Shown piece by piece: positions 51,898 to 62,704 of a DNA stretch of 64,000 bases; the first letter of the stretch is position 1; each line of letters opens with the position of its first letter. The DNA lies in contig CAVXNR010000015.1 of assembly GCA_963763095.1 (NCBI GenBank), positions 73,865 through 137,864 of the forward strand. Reading direction: 5' to 3'. The notes beneath the pieces were generated by a model, which made no database searches, was not told the origin of the DNA, and worked only from the letters and a program-made list of their open reading frames with translations. The position numbers were made by a program, and so were the translations under genes. This DNA is from Vicinamibacteria bacterium. GTDB lineage: Bacteria > Acidobacteriota > Vicinamibacteria > Vicinamibacterales > JAENWD01.

Positions 51898-53460
51898 TCA
51901 CCATTCGGCGGGCTTCAACGTCCACGCCTGCAGTCTCGCGTGTTCCACGAGTCGCGGGGCGCGGAAGCCTGCGGGGTGAATCACCCACCCGCCGAACAGC
52001 TCGGGCGAGTCCTCGGCGACGAAGCGTTCGGTCGCCACGCGGGTGCCGGTGGGGAGCGCCACGCGTTTGGGAAAGACGGCAGCGGCAGACGCGTCGGACG
52101 CGAGCATGGCAGAAACGACTGTTGCCCCGGCTCGCAGGAAGTCCGCGGGCGGGACGGGTGTGGCTCCCACGAACACACGGGCGGGCACGTGCCCGTGCGT
52201 CCGCATCTCGCGAGCCGCCTCAATCGCCGCGTCTCGGAACGCCGCCCACGGCAGGTCCGCTGCACCGCTCTGTGGCGGCGGGTCCGCAGGTCCGATCAAC
52301 TGAGGCACGTCGACACGCGAGGCCAGCGCTCCCGTGTCGATCGCGTCCGCGAGAAAGCTGGTGATGAGGGCAAACTGGTCCGCGGGGGACAGCGCCCGGC
52401 CTGCAGCATCCCGCAGCACGTCCAGGGCAGTCTCACGTGAGACGCGTGAGGCGATGTCTCTCACCGCCGCGCGATCGGCACCCTGTTCGCCGACCCGGTT
52501 GTGATAGATGGTCGCGAGGTCGGCGGCCGTGATGTGCCGCACGCCGGGCAGCGCACGCTGGAAATCGATGTACGCCGCAAACCGGGTGAAGGCAGCCTCG
52601 GTCTCGGCGGCGGATCGCTGGCTCGGCGCCTTCCAGTCTTCACGCGGCGGGTTGGCGCCTCGCGTGAAGTTCACGGCATCCCAGAACTCACGGTGCACCC
52701 ACTCGGCCGGATGGTAGTAGATGCTGACCAGCCCGCCGCCCTCCGTCCGGAGGCGATCGTATGCGGCCTTGAAATCTGCCTGCCCCTGCTCCAGACCACC
52801 CGCCTCGTGGAGCTCCATGCGCGTGGCGTTTCGGCCCATGTTGAAGACCGTCAGCACTCCGTCATACCAGAACGGCTGCTCCCCGAGCCCGACGTGCGTC
52901 CCTTCGTCCACGTAGGCGGGCACACCCGCGGGCGTCACCACGCCGATATCTCGCAACGCGGCGAACGCCTGCGGTGCCCACGATGATCCGGGCTGCCCGT
53001 AGCAACTGAGGAACGGCACGTCGAACACCCGCATCACGTCCCGTGCGCCACCGCCTTCGCGCCGGATGAACTCGGCCACGCCGTCGCTCCACCCGGTATC
53101 TGCGAGATACTCGGCCGGCGTGGGATGAACCGAGTGCAGGTTCGAGTGGTACCCGATATCGTGGCGCTTCAAGGCCGCGATTACGTCGGTGCGGCCACGT
53201 CGCTCGAGAACGCGCGCCTTCTCGCCGACCACCTTGAACGTGCTTCGCACGCCGCGGGCCGACAGGATCTCGGCAACCCGCGCAGCTGCATCGTCGCTCG
53301 CCGGCAGGAGATAGTCTTCCGTGTCGAACCAGAGGATGACGAGCACGTCACCCCGTGCGGCAGGGGGCGTCCCCCGTTCCTGCGCCCGCGCAGGAACCAC
53401 GGCCAGGGCGAGCAGCAGAAACGACAGGTGAGCCGCCGTGTGTCGAATCACGCCCGGCAT
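51898..53460 (-). CDS. secreted hypothetical protein, possibly polysaccharide deacetylase (CE4/NodB)-like
   Basis: The signal is MPGVIRHTAAHLSFLLLALAVVPARAQE. WFDTEDY and GYHSNLHSVHP loosely resemble NodB motifs 1 and 2. The family call is tentative. Confidence 0.45.
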   Translation of the reverse strand: MPGVIRHTAAHLSFLLLALAVVPARAQERGTPPAARGDVLVILWFDTEDYLLPASDDAAARVAEILSARGVRSTFKVVGEKARVLERRGRTDVIAALKRHDIGYHSNLHSVHPTPAEYLADTGWSDGVAEFIRREGGGARDVMRVFDVPFLSCYGQPGSSWAPQAFAALRDIGVVTPAGVPAYVDEGTHVGLGEQPFWYDGVLTVFNMGRNATRMELHEAGGLEQGQADFKAAYDRLRTEGGGLVSIYYHPAEWVHREFWDAVNFTRGANPPREDWKAPSQRSAAETEAAFTRFAAYIDFQRALPGVRHITAADLATIYHNRVGEQGADRAAVRDIASRVSRETALDVLRDAAGRALSPADQFALITSFLADAIDTGALASRVDVPQLIGPADPPPQSGAADLPWAAFRDAAIEAAREMRTHGHVPARVFVGATPVPPADFLRAGATVVSAMLASDASAAAVFPKRVALPTGTRVATERFVAEDSPELFGGWVIHPAGFRAPRLVEHARLQAWTLKPAEW

Positions 53461-53624
53461 GATAGCGCACGCCTTGGCCAGCCCGGCCATTCGTCAGCGC
53501 TCAAACGGCCGCTCATGTGAGCTACCCCTTGACTCGGGCCTGCAGAGGTCCTACGGTTACGGCGTTCACCTGCGCATACTCACAGTGTCCGGGCGCTGAC
53601 CCGGGCGAATTCATCGGAGGTTCT

Positions 53625-53987
53625 ATGAGGCATGCATCGCGAGTCGTGCTGGCGCTGCTGATGGCGGCGATCGTGACCACGGGAGTGATGGCGCAAGAAA
53701 AGCCCAAGTCGACGACGGTTCAGGGTACGGTCACCGCGGCGGCAGGTGACTCTTTGACGATTAACAAGGGAAGCGAGCCGATGACGTTCGTCGTCGACAG
53801 CATGACCAAGGTGACGGGGAAGGGACTGACGACGAAGTCGAACGAGAAGGCTGCAGCCGGAGAGAAATTGACGTTGTCGGATACCGTAGGCAAGGGGGAC
53901 ATCGTCTCGGTCACGTATCACGAGATGGACGGAAAGATGCACGCGAGCGCGGTCAAGATCAAGCAGAAGGCGATGACGGCCAAGTAG
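53625..53987 (+). CDS. small secreted protein, unknown function
   Basis: MRHASRVVLALLMAAIVTTGVMAQ is the signal peptide. The mature part is Lys/Thr-rich. GGAGG lies 6 nt upstream of the ATG. Confidence 0.6.
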   Translation: MRHASRVVLALLMAAIVTTGVMAQEKPKSTTVQGTVTAAAGDSLTINKGSEPMTFVVDSMTKVTGKGLTTKSNEKAAAGEKLTLSDTVGKGDIVSVTYHEMDGKMHASAVKIKQKAMTAK

Positions 53988-54283
53988 ACCTGTTTTGGGC
54001 ACTCACGCGCGGTCGCAGTCCACGTCCCGGCCGCGTCGGCCCGCCGGGATGATCAGGACTGGCGATCGCGCGTGAGCGCATCGCCGGTTCCTCCCGCATC
54101 CCACCACGCTCGAGTTCATCCGACACTGCTTCGAACGCCGACTGGAGAGTAGGATGCGCCATGCGCATCCCGTGCCCGGCGGCATTCATGTACGACATCG
54201 GTGTCGTGCCGGCGATCATCCTCTCGGCAGCCTGCACGCGTACCGGGACGCGTGCGAGGACGAAGGTACGCGGCCGTGCAACG

Positions 54284-55827
54284 TTGCGTGCGTGCCTCTT
54301 CGTCTTCCTGCTCGGCGTCGCCTCGAGCGTCTCAGCGCAGGCGCCTCCCGACGTGGGCGCACTCGATGCGTACTTCACCAGGGCGCTGGCCGACTGGGAG
54401 GTCCCAGGGATGTCCGTTGCCATCGTCAAAGACGGACGGGTCGTCCTCCAGAAGGGATACGGCGTACGCGAGCGAGGGAAGCCCGAACATGTGGACGAAC
54501 GGACGCTGTTCGCCATTGCCTCGAACACGAAGGCGTTCACCGCCGCGGCCGTCGCGGCGCTCGTGGATCAGCAGAAGCTGGAATGGGACGAGCCGGTACG
54601 CAGTACCTGCCGCGCTTCGAGCTGCAGGACCCTGTGGCGTCAGCCGACCTGCGCATCCGCGATCTGCTGTCCCACCGCAGCGGCCTGGGCACCTTCAGCG
54701 GCGATCTGCTCTGGTACAACACGACTCTCGACGTCCACGACGTCCTGCTCCGGGTGCGCTACCTGCAGCCGCGGTCCCCGTTCCGGACCACGTTCGGCTA
54801 CTCGAACCTGATGTTCCTGGCGGCAGGGCAGGTGGTCGCCGCCGCGAGCGGCACCACGTGGGAGGCCTTCGTGCAGGCGCAATTCCTCGCTCCGCTGGGC
54901 ATGAACGACACCCTGACATCCGTGAGGGCGGTCCCGGGCCACGAGAATGTCGCCACGCCACATGGGCCGGTGGGCACGGGGTCCCGCCCGTACCCGTGGT
55001 ACAGCTCGGGGGCGGGCGGCGCGGCGGGCGGTCTCGTCTCGTCTGCACGCGACATGACCCGCTGGCTGCTCCTGCAGCTCGGACGCGGCACGCTCGACGG
55101 CCGCCAGTACTTCAGCGACGAGCAGGCGCGGACGATGTGGACGCCGCACGTCTCGATCAGGATCAGCAGGGAGTCGGAAACCGCAGAACCGACCACGCAT
55201 TTCAACGGGTACGGGCTCGGGTGGATGCTGCGTGACTATCATGGACGCTTGATCGCGTCGCATGGAGGCGGGCTGGACGGCATGTACTCCGCGGTGGCGG
55301 TCGTGCCCGACGAGCGTCTCGGGGTGGTCGTGCTCACGAACGGCATGACCGGCATCGGTGATGCGCTCGTCATGCGCGTCATCGACGCGTACCTTGATCT
55401 GCCCGCGGATCTCCCCGCGCGCGACTGGAGCGCTGAAGCACTCGAACGCGCGCGAGCGCACCAACGGACGCGCGCGGCACGGGTGGCCAATGTGCGGCAG
55501 GTGCGTGTGCCTGGAACGAAGCCGTCGGTTCCGCTCCAGCAGTACGCCGGGCGCTACACCGGCCGGTTCTACGGCGACGCGGTCGTCATGATCGAAGACG
55601 GCAAGCCGGTGATGCGGCTCGTCGCCAACCCGCAGCTCGTGGCCGATCTGACGCACCTGCAGCTGGACACGTTCGTCCTGGCGTGGCGCCACGATTTCCC
55701 GTGGTTCTCGGAAGGGACAGCGCAATTCATCCTGAACAAGGAGGCGGAGGTCGTCGAGCTGAAACTCGACGTCCCGAACGAGGACTTCTGGTTCGATGAA
55801 ATCGATCTGCGGAAGGTGGCGCCCTGA
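54284..55827 (+). CDS. serine hydrolase, beta-lactamase/PBP-like family (frame broken near 54600)
   Basis: The signal is (M)RACLFVFLLGVASSVSAQA. The SxxK motif is ASNTKAF, in the ORF 54161 frame. The text ..LEWDEPV continues as QYLPRFELQDPVASADLRIRDLLSHRSG in the ORF 54154 frame, with one nt missing in gtacg-cagtac. The start (TTG 54284) is uncertain. Confidence 0.8.
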
Positions 55828-55912
55828 TGCGCTCGGCCGGTAGAAGCGACCCCCGGGCGCTGCTAGCTGCTACACGCAGCCCCGGGAGTCAAACGGGATG
55901 CAGCGGTGGAAC

Positions 55913-56581
55913 TCAGGATCGCGGCTGCGGCACGTAGCGCAGGTACGGCCGCGGCGCCGTCCACCCCTCGGGATATCGCTCCTTCGCCTCGGCTTCCGTT
56001 ACCGACGGCAGGATGATCACGTTGTCGCCCTCACGCCAGTTCACGGGCGTCGCCACCTTGTACTTGGCAGTCAGCTGCATCGAGTCGATGACCCGCAGCA
56101 CCTCGTCGAAGTTGCGCCCCGTGCTCATCGGGTACGAGATCACCAGCTTGATCTTCTTGTCCGGGCCGATGACGTACACGTTCCGCACCGTCTGGTTGTC
56201 CATGGCCGTGCGCCCATCGCAGCTCTCGCCGGCTTCGGCGGGCAGCATTCCGTAGAGCTTGGAGACCGCCAGGTCGGCGTCCGCGATCATCGGGTAGTTG
56301 GGCGCGGTGCCTTGCGTTTCCGCGATGTCCTTCGCCCAGCCGTGATGGCTCTCGAGCGGATCGACGCTCAAGCCGATGATCTTCACGTTGCGGCGGTCGA
56401 ACTCGGGCTTCATCCGCGCCATGTAGCCGAGCTCGGTCGTGCAGACGGGCGTGAAGTCCTTCGGGTGCGAGAACAGGACGCCCCACGAATCGCCGAGCCA
56501 CTCGTGGAAGCGGATAGAGCCTTCGGTCGTCTTGGCGGTGAAGTCGGGTGCGTTGCTGCCAATCGGAAGTGGTCCGCTCAT
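55913..56581 (-). CDS. peroxiredoxin, Prx6/1-Cys type
   Basis: The active site is WGVLFSHPKDFTPVCTTELG. The protein is 222 aa. Confidence 0.9.
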   Translation of the reverse strand: MSGPLPIGSNAPDFTAKTTEGSIRFHEWLGDSWGVLFSHPKDFTPVCTTELGYMARMKPEFDRRNVKIIGLSVDPLESHHGWAKDIAETQGTAPNYPMIADADLAVSKLYGMLPAEAGESCDGRTAMDNQTVRNVYVIGPDKKIKLVISYPMSTGRNFDEVLRVIDSMQLTAKYKVATPVNWREGDNVIILPSVTEAEAKERYPEGWTAPRPYLRYVPQPRS

Positions 56582-56863
56582 GCCAGTCTCCTCGTCATGA
56601 AGCCCCCGGCGTGCGCGGCAATGCGTCGCGCATCATCGGGCGGCAGAGCCGCCGCGGAGGGCTGGTGCCCGTCGGGGCAGGATGTTCAGGACGAGATCCT
56701 TCTACCTCAGTTTGGAGCGCTGGCGCAACCGTGTGTTGATGGACGTGGCGCTGGCACGTGCCGGAGCGAGGGAAGTCAGCGGGAGACGCTGCCTACGAGG
56801 AAGAACACGGCGGCAACGGCGTTGGGATTGAACATGAGCTAGGGGCGGCCAGATGAACGTGAG

Positions 56864-57450
56864 CTACGGGCGCCAGATCCGATCGCGACGGACGAGGCTG
56901 ATGAGCCCGGCCACAGCGGCATAGTTCATCACCACGAATGCATACGAGACACGCGCCGCTCGTTCGAGAACCCTGGCCATGTGGTCTCCGGTACCCTGAG
57001 TGGCCCCCGCCGTTACCCACCTTGGGTACTCGGTCAGCGCGGAAGGGACCGCCGTGAGGTGGTGTGCAGAAACCGGGCCGGGTGGAGCGCACCGGATACT
57101 GATCAGCCTCCTCGGAGATGAGCGCCTCAGGCATAAGCCGGCGGTCACTGTACCTGGGGACGTTGCTCCCCTCACGAGCGTGCGGATGAGGCAGGGGATC
57201 ACGATCGCGCCAGTGGATGAGCCGGCGTCATGGCTTCAGTCCGACGAGTGCAACCGAGTGCCGAGCGCTTCTTCAACACCGCGCACGGTGACAGCGGTGG
57301 TGGCGATCTGCGCTGCTGGCGCAGCACTCCAGTGTGTTCTGCACCACCCCACCAGCGCTGTACGAAGTCATCGAGCTGCGCGCTTGCGCACGGTCGCCGT
57401 GTTGAAGCAGGATGCCTGTGGCTTGCCCTCAATCGCACGTTCCGTTCGCA
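56864..57450 (-). pseudogene. possible decayed family-2 glycosyltransferase remnant
   Basis: Fragments lie in three reverse frames: CAVLKKRSALG, EEADQYPVRS, TEYPRWVTAGATQ (compare QxxRW) and ARVSYAFVVMNYAAVAGLISLVRRDRIW (a GT2-like C-terminal TM). No intact catalytic domain is present. This is weak, pattern-level evidence only. Confidence 0.25.
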
Positions 57451-57806
57451 CCGCTCTCCTGATCTGCACCATGGCCGCCGCCTGTTCGAGCCAGGTCTCG
57501 CGTCCGATCCAGATACAGCGCAACCTGCTCACCGTCGACAATCAGACCTCGCGCGACTGGCTCGATGTGGAGATCTGGATCAATCAGCAGTACCGGATCA
57601 CCGTCTCGCGGATCGCCGCCCGGAGCAGGTTCACCTCCACCCTCGATGTGTTCGTCGCAGGCTTTGGACAGCGCTTCGACGTGAAGCGCCAGCGCATCGA
57701 TGACCTGCGACTGAAGGCACGCGAGCGGGACGGAACGCCGGTGGACGTCCGGTTCGAGCCCCCGAAGGCGGGGCTGGCGGGTGCACTGGACGGGTTCGGT
57801 TCGTGA
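57423..57806 (+). CDS. small putative lipoprotein
   Basis: TTG 57423 gives MPSIARSVRTALLICTMAAACSSQ.., a signal with a lipobox-like AAAC. The rest of ORF 57000..57806 upstream is not protein-like. Confidence 0.35.
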   Translation: MPSIARSVRTALLICTMAAACSSQVSRPIQIQRNLLTVDNQTSRDWLDVEIWINQQYRITVSRIAARSRFTSTLDVFVAGFGQRFDVKRQRIDDLRLKARERDGTPVDVRFEPPKAGLAGALDGFGS

Positions 57807-58300
57807 CGATCAGGACGGCCGTGGCACGAGTGGATCGCTTCGTCCAAGCCCAGGACGACCCGGAGGCTGGCTGGGAGGTCGCACTGGGAGAATTGCGCGC
57901 CGGCCGTAAGCGAAGCCACTGGATCTGGTACGTGTTCCCTCAGCTCGCGGGCCTGGGCGTGTCAGCAACGTCTCGCCGATTCGGGATCGCGGGTCGCGAC
58001 GAGGCGAGCGAGTACCTGTCTCACCGGGTACTGAGGTCCCGCTTGCTTAGTGGAATCAGCACCGTTGCCGACCAACTTCAGCGCGGAACTTCTCTGGCGA
58101 CGCTGATGGGTTCGCGGGTCGATGCGCTGAAGCTGATGTCGTCGGTGACGTTGTTCGCCAGCGTTGCGCGGACGATGTCGGCGGCTGCCGATGATGAGGA
58201 TTTGTCTCAGCTGGCGGACGTCGGTGAGAAGGTGCTCCTCCTGGCGGAGGCGCAGGGGCTCGCGCGGTGTCAATACACAGTGCAGCATCTGCGTGAGTAG
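57803..58300 (+). CDS. DUF1810-family protein
   Basis: RFVQAQDD...ALGELRAGRKRSHWIWYVFPQLAGLGVSATSRRFGI..EASEYLSHRVLRSRL is the DUF1810 signature (HWMW-FPQ). Confidence 0.8.
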   Translation: MTIRTAVARVDRFVQAQDDPEAGWEVALGELRAGRKRSHWIWYVFPQLAGLGVSATSRRFGIAGRDEASEYLSHRVLRSRLLSGISTVADQLQRGTSLATLMGSRVDALKLMSSVTLFASVARTMSAAADDEDLSQLADVGEKVLLLAEAQGLARCQYTVQHLRE

Positions 58301-58337
58301 TCCTCGCCCGGCGCCGGCCGGGGTGAGGACTAGGCCA

Positions 58338-59291
58338 CTAGGTCTCCCGGCGCACGGCACCAGCCTTCTTGTCGGTGCGAAGACCGAGGTAGGCCGCGTG
58401 GCGCAGGTGCCCCTCGGCTGTCCACTCCACGAACCGGATCTGCGCCACCAGCGCCGGCGTGACCCATTGCATTTCGCGCATCTGTTCCGCTGTGACGCCG
58501 CCGCCCCAGTGAGTCGTCTTGCTGCTGGGGAGATCCACGAACGGGCATCGGTCCGCGTGCAGCGGCTGGAGCTGCGCGTGAACCTCCCGTCTCAGGTGCG
58601 GCGTGAACCCCGCCCGCACCTTGCCCGCGAACCGTAGCTGCTTGCCTTCGGAGTAGCCGACCAGCAGCGCATCCACGCCATGCGTGCCGGGCCGGTATCC
58701 GCCGATGACGAACTCCTGCTGGCGATCGAGTTTCAGCTTGAGCCACGAGGAGCTCCGCTCGCCCGGCAGGTAACGCGAGTCCGTGCGTTTCGCGACGATG
58801 CCCTCGAGGCCGAGCGCACGGACGGCATGGATCACATCGGCAGCGCTGCCGTCGAGGGTCTCCGAGAGCAGGATGCCCGAGCCGGTGACAACGGTGGCCA
58901 GTTGCTGTCGTCGCGCGACGAGCGGTAGTGACATGAGGTCTTCGTCATCCAGGCGCAGCAGGTCGAAGGCGTAGTAGACGATGGCGTGCTGAGGGTGGGC
59001 GGTGCGATGCTGGAGTGCCTGGAATGAGGGTCGGCCCGAGCGGTCCAGCGCAACGACCTCACCATCGAGGATCGCGCTCCGGGCCTTCAACGTCCGGCCG
59101 GCAGCATGAACCGAGGGATACGTGCGCGTCAGGTCCTTGTTGTTGCGTGACCGGATTTCGACGCGCTCGCCCCCCTTCAGCAGAATCGCGCGATACCCGT
59201 CGAACTTTACCTCGTACTCCCATCCCGGGCCTTCGGGAAGCTCAGTGACGTTGTGCGCGGCCATCGGGGGGATGAAGGCAGGAAATGGCAT
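58338..59291 (-). CDS. ATP-dependent DNA ligase (LigD ligase-domain-only type)
   Basis: IPPMAAHNVTELPEGPGWEYEVKFDGYRAIL carries the KxDG adenylation motif, and an OB-fold region follows. No polymerase or phosphoesterase domains are present. Start at ATG 59291. Confidence 0.85.
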   Translation of the reverse strand: MPFPAFIPPMAAHNVTELPEGPGWEYEVKFDGYRAILLKGGERVEIRSRNNKDLTRTYPSVHAAGRTLKARSAILDGEVVALDRSGRPSFQALQHRTAHPQHAIVYYAFDLLRLDDEDLMSLPLVARRQQLATVVTGSGILLSETLDGSAADVIHAVRALGLEGIVAKRTDSRYLPGERSSSWLKLKLDRQQEFVIGGYRPGTHGVDALLVGYSEGKQLRFAGKVRAGFTPHLRREVHAQLQPLHADRCPFVDLPSSKTTHWGGGVTAEQMREMQWVTPALVAQIRFVEWTAEGHLRHAAYLGLRTDKKAGAVRRET

Positions 59292-59423
59292 GCTCGTCCG
59301 GGTATTGTGGGCCGGATCGCGCCATGGGATCATGAGAGCCGCTGCGGAGCACGCACACGCGGGAGGCATGCGATTGCCAGGACATAGACGTTGCCTGGCT
59401 GTCGCACTCGAGGAGAAGAACTC

Positions 59424-60260
59424 GTGGACTCGTTCCGGATTGCCCTCGCCAACGTCCGCTTCCCCTCGACGCCGGACGAGTCGGTCATCCTCGCCCGGCA
59501 GGCGATCGAGGAGGCCTCGCGCAACGGAGCGCGGCTGATCTGCTTTCCCGAGTGCTTTGTTCCTGGGTACCGGGGTATGGGCATGCGCGTGCCGCCTGCG
59601 GACCCGGAGTTCCTCCGCCGCGCCTGGTTCGCCATCGGTCAGGCCGCCGCGGCTGGAGGCGTTGGCGTCGTCCTTGGCACGGAGCGTCTGGTCGACGGCA
59701 CGTTGATACCGACGGCGCTGGTTATCAACCAGGACGGGTCGGTCGCGGGATTCCAGGACAAGGTGCAGATCGACCCGAGCGAAGAGGGCACCTACTCACC
59801 TGGCTCTCACCGCCGGGTATTCCAGGCTGGCCCCCTGACGTTCGGCGTCGTGATCTGTCACGAAGGCTGGCGCTATCCCGAAACTGTTCGCTGGGCCGTG
59901 CGACACGGCGCCCAGTTGGTCTTTCACCCGCACTTCCACCAGGCCGACGCCGATTCCTACCGGCCGACGTCCTTCGCCGATCCCGCGAATACGTTCCACG
60001 AGAAGGCCGCGTTGTGCCGGGCGGCCGAGAACACGTGCTACTTCGCGACGGTGAACTTCGCCAGCGAAGGCTCGCCCAGCACCTCTGCGTTCGTACGTCC
60101 CGATGGGACGCTCCTCAGCTATCAGCCCTACGGCGAAGACGGTCTGCTCATCGCGGATATCGATATCAGCGCGGCGACAGGCCTGCTGGCGGCACGCTAC
60201 AAGAGCGTAATCGAGGAGGCGAAGGGTCCCACCAGCACCGCCGGGGCGTTCCCTGTGTGA
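59424..60260 (+). CDS. carbon-nitrogen hydrolase (nitrilase superfamily)
   Basis: FRIALANVRF..., LICFPECFVPGY (catalytic Glu region) and VICHEGWRYPE (catalytic Cys). GTG 59424 is preceded by AGGAGAAG. Confidence 0.82.
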   Translation: MDSFRIALANVRFPSTPDESVILARQAIEEASRNGARLICFPECFVPGYRGMGMRVPPADPEFLRRAWFAIGQAAAAGGVGVVLGTERLVDGTLIPTALVINQDGSVAGFQDKVQIDPSEEGTYSPGSHRRVFQAGPLTFGVVICHEGWRYPETVRWAVRHGAQLVFHPHFHQADADSYRPTSFADPANTFHEKAALCRAAENTCYFATVNFASEGSPSTSAFVRPDGTLLSYQPYGEDGLLIADIDISAATGLLAARYKSVIEEAKGPTSTAGAFPV

Positions 60261-60264
60261 TCGG

Positions 60265-62490
60265 TCAATCCGTTCCGAGAATGCGCTCACCGCCGGCGGT
60301 GGCAAACGCGGCCACGGCTAGCTCGTGCTCCTCCTGCGCTCGGCGGAGCACGGCAACGAACGCGGGCAGATGGCGCGCGGAATCCAGCCATTCGTCGGAT
60401 GCAAGCACCGGATAGCAGAAGAAGCCCGCAGCCGTGGCCTGCTCGAGGACGGCGACCGCCTCCTCGGCGGCTCCGGCGTACGCCAGTTGTCGCGCCATGT
60501 AATAGAGGCCCTCGGCGTCGCGGAACTCCGGCGCCATCGCCACCAGGGTGGCGATCGATTCGGCCCGCCGCCCCTCCAGCAGCGCTTGCAACGCCCCGAT
60601 GATCTGCGCAATCTTCGCTGGCACCTTCTGGCTCTTGTCGCCAAGGAACTCGAGCGCCTCGGCCTCGCGCCCGAGCGCCACCAGCGAGAAGGCCATCACG
60701 ACCGCTGCGTCGACCGTGCTCGCCAGGACGGCTTCGTGCTCGCGCAGCATCCAGAGCGTGTGGATCACCGATGTCTTGATCGACGGATCGAGCCGACGGG
60801 CCCGCGCATCCGCCCGGCGGGAGGCGCCGAGCAGCCCGCAGTAGCGGCACGCGTACACGAGCCCCGCAAACAACTCCGCATCCGTGCTCCGTCGCGCCGC
60901 CTGATTGAGAAGCCTCACCATCGCGTCGCGGGCGCGGCCCCGATCGATGTCCAACTGGGCCGTGAGGTTGTGCGCAAGCGGCAGATCCGGATTCAACTCG
61001 AGGGCCCGCTGCAGTGCGGCTTCCGCGCGCGCCAGGTCCTCACTACTGCCGCCGCCCAGCTTTCCAATCAGCCTGTGCACCCGCCCGAGCCGCGCCCAGG
61101 CCGGCGCATAGCATGGATCGTCCTGCAGCGCCTGCTCGTAGAGATCGCGGGCAATCGACCAGCTCCTGGGATCCGATGCCAGCTCGTTCGCGCGCAGGTA
61201 GTACTCGTACGATCGGGCGGTTGCCGGCGCGTCGTGCGACAGCAACCGCTGTTCGCGCGTGGAGAGCGGCAGCGCGAGCGACTCGACGATGCGGTGGGTG
61301 AGATCGTCCTGGAGCTGAAAGGCATCGTGCAGCGGCACCTGCGCCGTGTGGGACCAGAGCAGCCGCCCGCCTTGCGCCTCCACGAGCTGCGTGGCCACGC
61401 GTACCTGCGTCCCGGCGCGGAGCAGCGTGCCGGTGATGGCCGCGTCCACGTCCAGCTCGGACGCAAGCGCGCTCAGATCGGGGCCGTCGGCCTTGAACCG
61501 TGCGGCCGCGAGGCTGGATCGCACCACCAGCGATTCAAGAGTGCCGAGTGAGGCGGTGATCGCATCGGCAAGGCTGAACGAGAGGAAGTCGATCTCCGGA
61601 TCCGGCCGGAGCATCCGGAACGGCAGCACGATGAGCCGCGTCATCCTGCGGGCAGCCGGCGTTTCTCCTGAATCGGCCAGCCTCAGGGCGGCGCCGAGAT
61701 CCTCCGCCATCGCCACGGCGTCGGGATAACGGTCCGCCGGCCTCTTCGCGGTCGCGCGATGGATCACCCGGTCGACGGCGGCAAGGGCAGGGGAGCCGCC
61801 CACCGACGGCAGCGGCTCGTACATCACCCCGTGGAAGACCTGCGCCGTCGTCTTCCCCGGAAACGCCGTGGCGCCGACGAGGAGCTCAAACAATATGGCG
61901 CCCACGGCGAACAGGTCCGATCGCGCGTCGAGCGGATCCCCCGTGAGCTGTTCGGGCGACATGTAATGCGGCGTGCCGACCACCGTCCCGGCCATGGTGA
62001 TGCCGGCATGTGTCTGGTCGTTTGCGTCCTGTGCGGCGCGGGCCAGACCGAAGTCGAGCAGCTTCACGCCGTGTGGCGTGAGGAAGATGTTGGATGGCTT
62101 CAGGTCGCGATGGACGATCCCGCGCGCGTGAATCGCGGAGAGCGCCGAGAGGATGGCCCGCGTGATGTCGGCGCTCGCGGCGAGCGGAATGGGCCCGCGC
62201 GCCAGCCGTGCCGCGACGGACTCGCCGTCGAGCAGCTCCATCGCGATGAAGAGCTCCCCGTCCGCCTCGCCGACCTCGTACAACTGGCAGACGTTGGGGT
62301 GCGACACGCTCGCGGCGGCGCGCGCCTCGCGCCAGAGTCGCTCGCGAGACTGGGGATCACGGCTAGCGCCGCGCAGCATCTTGATCGCCACCTGGCGGTG
62401 GAGGCGCTCGTCGGCCGCGGCATAGACGACCCCCATCCCTCCTTCGCCAAGCTTCGCCCCCAGTCGGTATTGGCCAATCGTGTCCGGCAT
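60265..62490 (-). CDS. Ser/Thr protein kinase with C-terminal TolB-N-like and TPR-like region
   Basis: Kinase motifs are [31 protein letters not shown] and GTPHYMSPE. The C-terminal ~450 aa is helical-repeat-like. Start at ATG 62490. Confidence 0.88.
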   Translation of the reverse strand: MPDTIGQYRLGAKLGEGGMGVVYAAADERLHRQVAIKMLRGASRDPQSRERLWREARAAASVSHPNVCQLYEVGEADGELFIAMELLDGESVAARLARGPIPLAASADITRAILSALSAIHARGIVHRDLKPSNIFLTPHGVKLLDFGLARAAQDANDQTHAGITMAGTVVGTPHYMSPEQLTGDPLDARSDLFAVGAILFELLVGATAFPGKTTAQVFHGVMYEPLPSVGGSPALAAVDRVIHRATAKRPADRYPDAVAMAEDLGAALRLADSGETPAARRMTRLIVLPFRMLRPDPEIDFLSFSLADAITASLGTLESLVVRSSLAAARFKADGPDLSALASELDVDAAITGTLLRAGTQVRVATQLVEAQGGRLLWSHTAQVPLHDAFQLQDDLTHRIVESLALPLSTREQRLLSHDAPATARSYEYYLRANELASDPRSWSIARDLYEQALQDDPCYAPAWARLGRVHRLIGKLGGGSSEDLARAEAALQRALELNPDLPLAHNLTAQLDIDRGRARDAMVRLLNQAARRSTDAELFAGLVYACRYCGLLGASRRADARARRLDPSIKTSVIHTLWMLREHEAVLASTVDAAVVMAFSLVALGREAEALEFLGDKSQKVPAKIAQIIGALQALLEGRRAESIATLVAMAPEFRDAEGLYYMARQLAYAGAAEEAVAVLEQATAAGFFCYPVLASDEWLDSARHLPAFVAVLRRAQEEHELAVAAFATAGGERILGTD

Positions 62491-62704
62491 GTGAGGAGGC
62501 GATTCTACACGGCGGGGCAAGCTGGGGTGCGGGCGCTCAGTATCCCCGCCCGGTGGCTGCCGCCGGCTTGCCGCGATGGATGCGGACGTCGGTGGCGACA
62601 AACGCAAGGACCGGCGGGATGCCGAGCAGCCGCGGAGCGGATCCCTGACGGTATCCCGGGGATGTGGCTGGGTGGCAATTTCGAGCCGCGGACCTGCGAC
62701 GCTG

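Noticed and set aside
53959-54540. 193-aa reverse ORF with a semi-protein-like stretch (AAERMIAGTTPMSYMNAAGHGMRMAHPTLQSAFEAVSDELERGGM)
   Set aside because: It overlaps the 5' end of the beta-lactamase-family gene, has no recognisable family, and is otherwise Arg/Pro-rich. I could not support it as a gene.
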